Shown here in pieces: positions 8,694-17,379 of a DNA stretch of 52,841 nucleotides; the first letter of the stretch is position 1, and each line of letters starts with the position of its first letter. The DNA is from a virus. Lineage: Duplodnaviria > Caudoviricetes. The position numbers and the translations under genes are program-made. The stretch is taken from positions 1 to 52,841 of IMG/VR virus record IMGVR_UViG_3300033475_000031; one strand, given 5' to 3'. Below the pieces are notes generated by a model, which searched no databases, had not been told where the DNA came from, and was given only the letters and a program-made list of their open reading frames with translations.

Positions 8694-11600
8694 GTGACAA
8701 TGGTCTTCCTCACCAGCAGCTCGACATCGCCGTGGACTGCGCCATCGTCGATGACGGTGGCCGGCCATACGGTCGAGCTGGCGTCGTCGGGCGGCAATGG
8801 TGGAGCGAGTACTACTGGAACGTCGGGACGCGGCGGTTCGGGCGGTGGTGCTGGCGTCTACACTCTGCTCACGTATTCGAGTGGCACGATCACGCCCGGC
8901 ACGACGACGATTGCCTTTCAGGTCAAAGGCGGCAACAGCGCCACCAGCTACAGCGTCGCCAACTCGACCATCTGGGAAGGCACGACGGCCACCAATACCT
9001 ACGAGGCCAAGGCAGGCCTTGCAGGTGCCAACGCTTCGGCAAGCAGTACTACCGCTGGCGCGTTCGTCACCAACGGCACGCCCTCGATCACCTACACCGT
9101 CACGACGACGAATGCGGGTGGTGTTGGTGGGGCCACGGCGTCGGCCGCGACCGCGTCGGGTGGTGGCGGTGGTGGTCCCGGCGGACCGAGCGGCGTTGGA
9201 GGTGCAGGTGGAACGTCGGCTAGTGCATTTGGCGGTGGCGGTGGTGGTGGCGCTAACAATCGCTCTGCTGGCAGTAATGCTGCTGCAACCACTGGCGGCG
9301 CGGGTGGTGGCTCAGGCGGTGCAGGCGGCACCTCGGGGACCCACGTCGGCAGCCCCGGCACCAATGCCGGCTCAGGCGGCGGTGGCGGCTTCTATGGTTC
9401 GCAGACCAGCTCGGCCTCGACTGGCGGCGCGGGTGATACCAATGACGGGGCTTGGACCACCAACGGCCTAGGCGGTGGCGGCGGTGGTGGCGGAGGTAAT
9501 ACCTCTACTTCCGGTACGCCCTCGACCAGCGGCGGTGATGGCGGCACCTACGGTGCAGGCGGCGGCGGTGCAGGCTTCCGGCGCACGGCGGCGGGAACCG
9601 GGGCAGGTGGCAATGGCCAAGGTGGTCTCATTGTCATCACCTACACGCTCAACGTCTCGCTGCCATGGACGACCGACTACACCAACGCGGCGGCTCCCAA
9701 CGATGGAGCGATGACCTACGGCGGCGGGGCCAACGGCACCATCTGGAACAGCAGCGGCTTTGTGGTCGCGGCTCCTTCGTCCGGGCGCATCACCTACGAT
9801 CCGAATGCGACGACGAATCCCCTCGGGCTGCTGATCGAAGAATCTCGTACCAACGTCTCGCTGCAATCCAAGGATTTCAGCGCCGCCAACCACAATCCCA
9901 ACAATCTGACGGTTGCGGCCAACGCCACGACCAGTCCTGATGGCACGACCGACGCGGCATCGGCGACCGGCTCGGCCTCTACCGCGATCCATGAGTTCTT
10001 CACCGATCCCATCACCGGCATCAACACCTCGACCAGCGATGTCGTGGTGTCGTACATGCTCAAGAACAGCACGGCCGGCTTTGCTTACATCACGGCTTCG
10101 CCCAACAACACAACCAACGACTGGTTTGCTGCGTCGTACAATATTGGAGCGACACCGTCGGTCGGCAACACGTTGGTTGGCTCCAACAATCCGACGATCG
10201 TGGCGACAGGGGTAATACCCTATCCGAATGGCTGGGCGCAGTGCTGGGTGTCCGGCCGCCAGACGCTGGCCAACAACTTCGCCGCGCTGGTCGGTTATCT
10301 CGACAACACGACGCTGTCAGGGGGCGGCAGCTTTGGCGAGTTCACCAGCTCGGCCAGCAAGGTGTTCTTTCCGTTCCAGAACCAGATCGAGCTGGGCAGC
10401 TATCCATCGAGCCCGATCTTCACACTGGGCGCGTCGGTCACACGTTCCGCCGATACCTCGACGGTCACCGACAGTACGATCCTTGGCGCACGCGGCCTCG
10501 CGTTCTTCGGCCGGACGCCGATCGGCCTCAAGAGTGGCGTCACCGCGACGCTGATCCAAGCCGACGACGCATCATCGAGCAATCTGTGGCGACTATTCTA
10601 CAACTCCAGCAACGAGGTGCACTTCACCGTCGTCTCGGGCGGTACTACCCAGTGCGATCTCAATCTCGGCACAGTGGCGTTCAACACCGACTTCCATGTC
10701 CGCGTACGGTGGGGCACCAACGACTTCGCCGGCTCGTTGAACAATGCTGCCGTCATCACCGACACGTCGGGCTCGGTGCCGGCTGGCATCACCACCTACC
10801 GGCTGGGCTACGATCAGGCTGGCGGGACCTACTGGAACAGCACGATCGCCACGGTCACGTGGGCCACGACCTACACCAATGCGCAGCTGCAGGGCAGCTC
10901 AGGCACCCAGTACAATCAGGCGGTCTCGATCAGCTCGACCAATACCGCGACCTTGATGCGCGCGGCCGGGCATCTGATCAACGTCACGACGCCCGAGACC
11001 ATGCTGGTGCGCAAGGCGACTTCTAAGTTCATCGCTTCGGTCAATGCCAATTCGGCCAATCTCAGGAAGCAGGTGGGCAAGCCACTCAGCCTCAGTTCGC
11101 CCGAAGCGTTGACCGTGGTGCCGGGCAAGCAGGCCTTGAAGGCGATCAGCCTCGCCTCGACCACTACCTTGTCGCTGACCCGCCAGATCGGCCATCTCCT
11201 CTCGCTCAGCTCGGGCAATACCCTTCAGCTGGCCAAGCAGGTTGGGAAGACGATCAGCCTCGCAACTACGGAAGTGCTTAGCCTGATGAAGGCGATGCCG
11301 AGGTCGCTCAGCCTTTCATCGCCCAATGCCCTGACCCTCAGCCGCCAGATCGGGCATCTGCTGGCCATGGCCAACGCCAATGTGCTGGCACTCAGCCGCC
11401 AGATCGGCAAGGGCATCTCGCTCAGCTCGGCTTCTTCCGTAGCTGTGCTGCGTCAAGTATCCAAGGCGATCTCGATCAGCACCAGCAACCTACTCACACT
11501 GGTCAAGGGAAAGTCGCTCAGCAAGACGATTTCGATCACGTCACCCAATACCCTCACATTGGTTCGGACGGTTGGGAAGGTGTTCTCGATCAGCTCGGCC

Positions 11601-12635
11601 AACGCGCTGACCCTGTCGCGCTCGATCGGCAAGGCGATCAGCCTCTCAACTACGGAAGTGGTCACGCTAAGCAAGGGGCTGGCCAAGACCTTCGGCCTCT
11701 CATCGCCCAATGCCCTGACGGTCACGCACCAGCTGGCCAAGACCTTGAGCATCGCCTCGGGCAACGTTCTGACGCTCACGCGCCAGATCGGGCATATCGT
11801 CAATATCGGTTCAGCCGAGGTCGTCACGGTCGGCCGTGCCTTGGCCAAGACGATCGGACTCAGCTCCCCCAATACCCTGACGTTGCGGGTGGGCAAGGCG
11901 TTGAGCAAGGCACTCAGCCTCGCTTCGGCCAATACCCTCAGCCTGACGCGATCGGCCGGTAAGCAGCTCGGGCTCAGCTCGCCCAACGTCCTGACACTGC
12001 GACGCGGTATGGCCAAGACGATCGGGCTCACGAGTGGCTACGCGCTGGCAGTCGGGCGTGGCATGGCCAAGGCGATCGCGATCACGTCATCCAATACCCT
12101 GACCATGACGCGCCTCAAGGCGATCGGGGTGTTTCTCAATCTGTCGACGGGGCAGACGCTGGCCCTTTCCCGAAAACTCGGAAAGCTCATCACCCTATCT
12201 TCACAGATGCCCGTGAGCTTGGTCCGCAGTATCGGCAAGGTCGTGTCGCTTGGCTCGTCGAATGTCCTGACCGTCAGCGCGTTGCGAAGGGCTGGTGTCG
12301 TTATCCAGCTTGCAGGTGGGAACGTGCTGACGGTCGGACGCCAGCTCAGCAAGGTCATAGGGCTTCAATCGCCGCAGGTGCTGAGGCTTCAGCGCGGCCT
12401 CGCGCACCTCATCAGGCTCACGACGCACAACACGCTCACGCTGGTCGCTTCGATCCATGTCACGGTCGCGGTCGATCCTGAGCGCATCGTGCTTGCGGTC
12501 AAGCGGCTGCGCACGGCGGTGGATGATGGTCGCAAGCGCACGGCCACAGGCGTGAAGCGGCTGCTGGTGGCGCTCGACGTTGGCCGCGTTCGCATCGGCA
12601 AGGCCGCCAAGGCCCTACGCAGTTCTCAGGAGTAG
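8694..12635 (+). CDS. Large fibre/spike protein: Gly-rich domain, lectin-like head-spike domain, long beta-repeat stalk
   Basis: GGGGGG-rich N-terminus; GLLIEESRTN...QIELGSYPSSPI.T...VTRSAD; about 25 repeats of 19-21 aa. Confidence 0.8.
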   Translation: MTMVFLTSSSTSPWTAPSSMTVAGHTVELASSGGNGGASTTGTSGRGGSGGGAGVYTLLTYSSGTITPGTTTIAFQVKGGNSATSYSVANSTIWEGTTATNTYEAKAGLAGANASASSTTAGAFVTNGTPSITYTVTTTNAGGVGGATASAATASGGGGGGPGGPSGVGGAGGTSASAFGGGGGGGANNRSAGSNAAATTGGAGGGSGGAGGTSGTHVGSPGTNAGSGGGGGFYGSQTSSASTGGAGDTNDGAWTTNGLGGGGGGGGGNTSTSGTPSTSGGDGGTYGAGGGGAGFRRTAAGTGAGGNGQGGLIVITYTLNVSLPWTTDYTNAAAPNDGAMTYGGGANGTIWNSSGFVVAAPSSGRITYDPNATTNPLGLLIEESRTNVSLQSKDFSAANHNPNNLTVAANATTSPDGTTDAASATGSASTAIHEFFTDPITGINTSTSDVVVSYMLKNSTAGFAYITASPNNTTNDWFAASYNIGATPSVGNTLVGSNNPTIVATGVIPYPNGWAQCWVSGRQTLANNFAALVGYLDNTTLSGGGSFGEFTSSASKVFFPFQNQIELGSYPSSPIFTLGASVTRSADTSTVTDSTILGARGLAFFGRTPIGLKSGVTATLIQADDASSSNLWRLFYNSSNEVHFTVVSGGTTQCDLNLGTVAFNTDFHVRVRWGTNDFAGSLNNAAVITDTSGSVPAGITTYRLGYDQAGGTYWNSTIATVTWATTYTNAQLQGSSGTQYNQAVSISSTNTATLMRAAGHLINVTTPETMLVRKATSKFIASVNANSANLRKQVGKPLSLSSPEALTVVPGKQALKAISLASTTTLSLTRQIGHLLSLSSGNTLQLAKQVGKTISLATTEVLSLMKAMPRSLSLSSPNALTLSRQIGHLLAMANANVLALSRQIGKGISLSSASSVAVLRQVSKAISISTSNLLTLVKGKSLSKTISITSPNTLTLVRTVGKVFSISSANALTLSRSIGKAISLSTTEVVTLSKGLAKTFGLSSPNALTVTHQLAKTLSIASGNVLTLTRQIGHIVNIGSAEVVTVGRALAKTIGLSSPNTLTLRVGKALSKALSLASANTLSLTRSAGKQLGLSSPNVLTLRRGMAKTIGLTSGYALAVGRGMAKAIAITSSNTLTMTRLKAIGVFLNLSTGQTLALSRKLGKLITLSSQMPVSLVRSIGKVVSLGSSNVLTVSALRRAGVVIQLAGGNVLTVGRQLSKVIGLQSPQVLRLQRGLAHLIRLTTHNTLTLVASIHVTVAVDPERIVLAVKRLRTAVDDGRKRTATGVKRLLVALDVGRVRIGKAAKALRSSQE
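10915..12460 (+). repeat. Tandem 19-21 aa protein repeats, consensus R-x-I-G-K-x-I-S-L-S-S-x-N-x-L-T-L
   Basis: Seen directly in the translation, e.g. RQIGHLLSLSSGNTLQL, RSIGKAISLSTTEVVTL, RTVGKVFSISSANALTL. Confidence 0.9.
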
Positions 12636-12638
12636 TGG

Positions 12639-12986
12639 ATGACCCTCGCGATCGAACTTCGGCCTCCTACCGAGCCCGGGGAAGTCGAGACGTTGACGTT
12701 CGACTTTGGCCCGGCCTTGGCCAACGTCGAGACCATCACGTCCGTTACCTCGATCAAGTGCGCGGTCATCGTCGGCAGCGACTCAGCGACTGGCCATCTG
12801 CAGGGGGCCGCCGCGATCGAGCCGTCTCCCAGTACCGGCTTGCCCAGTCAAGCCGTGCTGCAGCAGGTCAAGAGCATGCTCGCCGGCTGCACCTACCAAT
12901 ACCAATGCTTGGTGCTGACCAGCGCCGGCCAAGCTTTACAGCTTAGGGTCAACCTGCCCTGCGCCTACGTTCCCCCCGGAAGTTGA
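12639..12986 (+). CDS. Fibre adaptor-like virion protein
   Basis: TFDF...L..ETI...G.D...V.Q.V....G..Y...C...TSAGQ pattern typical of small genes after phage fibre genes; AGGAG RBS. Confidence 0.6.
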   Translation: MTLAIELRPPTEPGEVETLTFDFGPALANVETITSVTSIKCAVIVGSDSATGHLQGAAAIEPSPSTGLPSQAVLQQVKSMLAGCTYQYQCLVLTSAGQALQLRVNLPCAYVPPGS

Positions 12987-13003
12987 AAAGGATCATCTGA
13001 CAA

Positions 13004-13444
13004 ATGGCTGCCAACACCACCCCGATCTTCCCCGCTGCCCCGGTCAGCGCTCCCGTTCAGTTCCTGAACGCGGACGGTACTACCGCCAAGCAGATTTACG
13101 CGCCCACGCTTACCAACGGGGCGCGCGTCGTCGGCCTCACACTGACCAGCACCGATACCGCGACCAACAGCTTTCAGTTGTTTGTCAGAAAGGGCGGCGT
13201 CAACTACCTGATCGGCACGACCGCCGTTGCGGCCAACGCTGGCAACCTCGGCACCGTGTCATCGCTTGACGTGATGCAAGGCATCATCAATGCTTCAGGC
13301 CTCAACGCCAATCCGTTCCTGTTCGATGCCTATGGCAACAGCATCATCTATCTTGATGTCGGCTCGACGCTCTTTGGCGGCGTGCTGACCACGATCACCT
13401 CGGGCAAGCAGGTCAACCTTGTGACTTGGGCTGAGGAGTTCTGA
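13004..13444 (+). CDS. Virion structural protein (spike-base-like)
   Basis: MAANTTPIF...GARV..L..TSTDT pattern; beta-rich. Confidence 0.6.
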   Translation: MAANTTPIFPAAPVSAPVQFLNADGTTAKQIYAPTLTNGARVVGLTLTSTDTATNSFQLFVRKGGVNYLIGTTAVAANAGNLGTVSSLDVMQGIINASGLNANPFLFDAYGNSIIYLDVGSTLFGGVLTTITSGKQVNLVTWAEEF

Positions 13445-13447
13445 TCG

Positions 13448-13876
13448 GTGCTGCAAGGTCTCAGCCAAGCCCAGACGATTGAAATCCCGAATCGCTTTTA
13501 TTCGAAGGCCATGACCGGGAGTATCGCGCTGAACAACACGACGGTGTTTTTCAACGTGATCAGTATCGATGTCGGACGTGTCGGCGTCTGGGAGGTCTAT
13601 TCGCAGATGCTCCTGCAGGACGCCGTGGCAGGATCGGGTATTACCTTTTACGGGCGCATGTGGGACGGTGTGACCACCTTTGCTTCTGGGATCAATCAAA
13701 CCGACAGTGTGAATTGGGCACTCGTCCACCCGATGTGGTTGCTGGGCATTGTGGTAAATCCTAAAGGTCCACTCGTCTTGCAAGCCAACGATTCGACGGG
13801 CGCGGGTGGTTTTGTTGAGGGCAACCAGTCAGGGCTTGGGTTCGATACTTCGATGTGTGCGTTCAGGATCGCGTAA
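13448..13876 (+). CDS. Paralogue 1 of triplicated beta-sandwich protein (putative fibre tip/adhesin)
   Basis: Shares LNNTTVxF, SIDVGR, NPKGP, ANDST, DTS..RI with the next two genes; GAGGAG RBS. Confidence 0.75.
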   Translation: MLQGLSQAQTIEIPNRFYSKAMTGSIALNNTTVFFNVISIDVGRVGVWEVYSQMLLQDAVAGSGITFYGRMWDGVTTFASGINQTDSVNWALVHPMWLLGIVVNPKGPLVLQANDSTGAGGFVEGNQSGLGFDTSMCAFRIA

Positions 13877-13889
13877 GAAGGAATCGTAA

Positions 13890-14297
13890 ATGTTTGATGG
13901 GATTAGCCAGAGCCTTCCTCCCTCATTTAGAAACCGTTACTACTCAGTGTCGAGTGGGGTGACTAATCTCAACAACACGACTGTCTGGTTCACGATCTGC
14001 AGCATCGACGTAGGTCGCGTCGGCGTGTGGTTTGCTTGGGGCCAGATGGCCGTATCCGACACGGCTACTACTGCGAATATCTATGGGCAGCTGAATGACG
14101 GCGTCAGGGCATTTTCTTCTGGCTTGACCCAAGTGCCTACCTTTGTAGTCATGCCTTTGCAGTTGGGAGGCATCATCGTCAATCCCAAAGGCCCGATCAG
14201 AATGCAAGCCAACGACTCGACGAGTTCGGCTGGAGGCGTCTCGCAGTACAGTGGTGCAGGCTGGGACACTTGTCTGAGAGTTTGGCGCATCGGTTAA
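13890..14297 (+). CDS. Paralogue 2 of triplicated beta-sandwich protein
   Basis: Same conserved blocks; AAGGA RBS. Confidence 0.75.
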   Translation: MFDGISQSLPPSFRNRYYSVSSGVTNLNNTTVWFTICSIDVGRVGVWFAWGQMAVSDTATTANIYGQLNDGVRAFSSGLTQVPTFVVMPLQLGGIIVNPKGPIRMQANDSTSSAGGVSQYSGAGWDTCLRVWRIG

Positions 14298-14310
14298 GGG
14301 AAAGTCTTAC

Positions 14311-14721
14311 ATGCTTCAGGGTATTAGTCAGAGCCTTCCTGTTTCGTTTCGCAATCAGTACTACAAGTCAGCTCTTTCAGGGCCGATCGGATTGAACAAC
14401 ACGACTGTCTGGTTCACTATTTTAAGTATCGATGTTGGGCGGACGGGAACATTTTTCTGCTACTTTCAAGCATGCATGCAGGATACGACTGGAGCTGCGT
14501 CTTTGTTTTCTCGCATCTGGGATGGCGTTCAGAATTACGCTTCGGGGCTCGTGCAGGTTAGTGGAGGAGCGGTCAATTTGCTTGCGGTGTCAGGCATCGT
14601 CACCAATCCGAAAGGCCCGATCACAGCGCAGTGCATCGACACGACGTTCGCATCAGGCGTTGTCTCCCAGTATTCCGGTTTGGGTCAGGACACGTCGCTC
14701 AGAATTTGGCGCATCGCCTAG
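14311..14721 (+). CDS. Paralogue 3 of triplicated beta-sandwich protein
   Basis: Same conserved blocks. Confidence 0.75.
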   Translation: MLQGISQSLPVSFRNQYYKSALSGPIGLNNTTVWFTILSIDVGRTGTFFCYFQACMQDTTGAASLFSRIWDGVQNYASGLVQVSGGAVNLLAVSGIVTNPKGPITAQCIDTTFASGVVSQYSGLGQDTSLRIWRIA

Positions 14722-14745
14722 TACCTTTCACAAGTAGAGGACTTA

Positions 14746-17376
14746 ATGGCTGACGACTTCAAGACGGTGAAGCCGCCCAGTGCGCTGACCCGCTCGATCC
14801 AGCGCGTGCGCACGACCATCAAGGGCGTGAGTGAGGCGTGGTTCGGGCCGATGCAGCCCCTCAAGCCGCAGGCGCAGGACGCCAAGGGCCGCATCTGGGA
14901 CTACCCGGTCGCGTTCAACCTCAACTACCAGCCGCGCGCCAACATGGCGCTGTCGTTCCATGACCTGCAGGCGTTGGCCGACAACTGTGGCATCCTGCGC
15001 TCGGTGATCGAGACGCGTAAGGATCAGCTGGAGTCCATCGACTGGCATATCCAGCCGCGCAAGGTGAACAAGAAAACCGTTCTTCCGAGCGGCGATCAGA
15101 ATGATCGCATCAAGTACGCCTCGCAGCTGTTCATGTCGCCCAGCAAGGAGACCGACTGGCCGCAGTTCGTGCGCCAGATTCTGGAGCAGCATTTCGTCTA
15201 CGATGCACCGTCACTGGAGATGGTGCCCAATCGCTCGGGCCAGCTGTGCAACATCAAGGTACTGGATGGGGCGACGATCAGCGTCATGCTCGATGCCAAC
15301 GGCGGCATCCCGTCGCCGCCGAGCGTTGCCTACCAGCAGGTGTTGAAGGGCCTGCCGGCCGTCGACTTCACCAGCGACGAACTTCTCTACTACCCGCGCA
15401 ATCGCCGGCCGGGCTTCGCCTACGGCTACCCGCACGTGGCGCAGATTTACACCTACGTGAATCTCTCCATCAAGCGCGTCACCGAGCAGCTGGCCGCCTA
15501 TGATGGAGCCAATGCGCCGCACGGCGTGATGGAAGCCGGCACCAACATGACGATCGACCAGATCACGGCGATGCAGCAGTACTGGGACGGCATGTTCACC
15601 GGCAAGATCGTGAACCGGGCCAAGACGTGGTGGGTGCCCAACGGTTCGAAGTACACCGCACTCGGGGCCGGCGAAATCCTGTTCGACGAGTTCGACGAAT
15701 GGCTGGCCCGCGTCATCTGCTACTGCTTCTCGATCAGCCCGACGCCGTTCATCAAGCAGAACAACCGGGCGACTGCCGAGTCCTCGCAGGACATGGCACA
15801 GAACGAGGGCACCAAGCCGACGATGGTGTACCTCAAGCACCTGTTCGATCGCATCCTGAGCAAGCATCTCAACTCGCCCGATCTTGAATTTGTGTGGGAC
15901 CACGATTTCGAGACCGATCCCGCGCAGGCGGCCGAGATCACGACGACCTACGTCAAGAGCGGCATCATGACGATCGACGAGGCGCGCGAGGATTTGGGCA
16001 TGGATGCCTTTGGCGGCGCGGCCGGCGAGCCGATGGCGTTGACGGCGACCGGCTACGTCCCGATCGACCCGCAGGAGCGGACCGACATGGGGACCGAGGC
16101 GAGCATTGCTGCACGCCCCCTGCTGCCCCCGGGAATGGGCGCTCCCGGCCAGCCCGGCCAACCCGGGGGAGGCAAGGCCTTGGCAGGGCCCAATGGCGGG
16201 GCTGGCAAGCCCAACGCAGCACTTCCGCCCCCGGGCAAGGGTGGAGGGGCCGTCCCCGGGAAACCCGCCCTACAGGCCCCGCAGGGCCGTCCCGCAGCCG
16301 CCCCCGCGCAGGCCCGGGCAACGGCTTCAGTCAGTGTGAAAAAGCCCGGCCAGCCGGTCCAGAAGGTCCTGACTACGGAAGCGGTCTACGAGGTCGAGCG
16401 TCCGCTCGCCAATCCGGGCGGCCTGCAGGACTGGGCCCGCTCGATCGGCCTACAGCCGCTCGATCGTCTGGTGGTCAAATTCACCGGCTTCGTCGAGCCC
16501 GAGGCGACTGAGCCCTTTCTGCTGGTCGAGAACTACACCGCGCGGCTGGCCAAGGATGAGGATGGCTTCCGGCTCTACTTTGACTGGCAGCCGCTGCTCG
16601 ATCGCGCCAGCGAATTGCTGGCGGTCGACGGCACGCCCTCGATCCTGCTGACTGATCCGACCGATGCCGAGCTGCCTGAGGATGCGCAGGCCTACACGGG
16701 TGAGCTACTACTCGGGCCGGAAGAGATCACCAAGCGCTGGGACCTTGCGGCGTTCGACGCCGATCATGATCCGACGCCGGGCCAGAAGCGCGCCGGCAAC
16801 TACCGCATGGGCCACATCCAGTTCCAAGGCCTCGACCTCAGCATCGAGAACCCGGTCGGCTCGGCGCGGCGCGGTGACGACTGGAAAGTGATCATGCCGC
16901 ACCACTACGGCTACATCAAAGGCACGGTGGGCGCGGACGGCGATCATATCGATGCCTTCGTCGGACCGAACCCCGATGCCAAGATGGTCTATGTCATCGA
17001 CCAGAACGATCCTGATCGTGGCTCGTTCGACGAGCACAAGGTGATGCTCGGCTTCGACACGTGGACGGCGGCGAAGCTCGCCTACCAGCAAGCCTTCACC
17101 GATGGCAAGCAGCGCATCGGCAACGCGGCGATGCTGACCATGGACGCGTTCAAGCGCTGGCTCGCGACAGGCGACACTATGTTGCCGATCGGTGTGGCCA
17201 TGGCCAAGGACGTGACGATGGCGACCGGCCTCTATGGCTACGACCAAGGTCCGGTCCTGACGCCGCACGAGAAGCAGACGGACGAAGAGGATGAGAACAA
17301 CGATGTCGTGAGCGCTGGTCCGCAACCAGTACTCAAGAGCGACGCTCGACGCTTCTCGCGCTGGGTGGACTACTAG
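14746..17376 (+). CDS. Portal protein fused to a Pro/Gly linker, a degenerate Acb1-like 2H domain and an inorganic pyrophosphatase-like domain
   Basis: Portal core (YGYPHV...ARVICYCFSISP...GIMTIDEARE.LG); InPase motifs GNYRMGH...IENP.GS.R...HYGYI.GT.GADGDHID.FVG...FDEHKVMLGF. Confidence 0.9.
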   Translation: MADDFKTVKPPSALTRSIQRVRTTIKGVSEAWFGPMQPLKPQAQDAKGRIWDYPVAFNLNYQPRANMALSFHDLQALADNCGILRSVIETRKDQLESIDWHIQPRKVNKKTVLPSGDQNDRIKYASQLFMSPSKETDWPQFVRQILEQHFVYDAPSLEMVPNRSGQLCNIKVLDGATISVMLDANGGIPSPPSVAYQQVLKGLPAVDFTSDELLYYPRNRRPGFAYGYPHVAQIYTYVNLSIKRVTEQLAAYDGANAPHGVMEAGTNMTIDQITAMQQYWDGMFTGKIVNRAKTWWVPNGSKYTALGAGEILFDEFDEWLARVICYCFSISPTPFIKQNNRATAESSQDMAQNEGTKPTMVYLKHLFDRILSKHLNSPDLEFVWDHDFETDPAQAAEITTTYVKSGIMTIDEAREDLGMDAFGGAAGEPMALTATGYVPIDPQERTDMGTEASIAARPLLPPGMGAPGQPGQPGGGKALAGPNGGAGKPNAALPPPGKGGGAVPGKPALQAPQGRPAAAPAQARATASVSVKKPGQPVQKVLTTEAVYEVERPLANPGGLQDWARSIGLQPLDRLVVKFTGFVEPEATEPFLLVENYTARLAKDEDGFRLYFDWQPLLDRASELLAVDGTPSILLTDPTDAELPEDAQAYTGELLLGPEEITKRWDLAAFDADHDPTPGQKRAGNYRMGHIQFQGLDLSIENPVGSARRGDDWKVIMPHHYGYIKGTVGADGDHIDAFVGPNPDAKMVYVIDQNDPDRGSFDEHKVMLGFDTWTAAKLAYQQAFTDGKQRIGNAAMLTMDAFKRWLATGDTMLPIGVAMAKDVTMATGLYGYDQGPVLTPHEKQTDEEDENNDVVSAGPQPVLKSDARRFSRWVDY

Positions 17377-17379
17377 CCC

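Noticed and set aside
10915-12460. CRISPR-like or DNA-level repeat array
   Set aside because: The periodicity is at the protein level with degenerate codons; there are no identical direct repeats with unique spacers.
13448-14721. Diversity-generating retroelement behind the three similar genes
   Set aside because: No reverse transcriptase is present, and differences are spread over all bases and include indels, not adenine-specific TR/VR changes.
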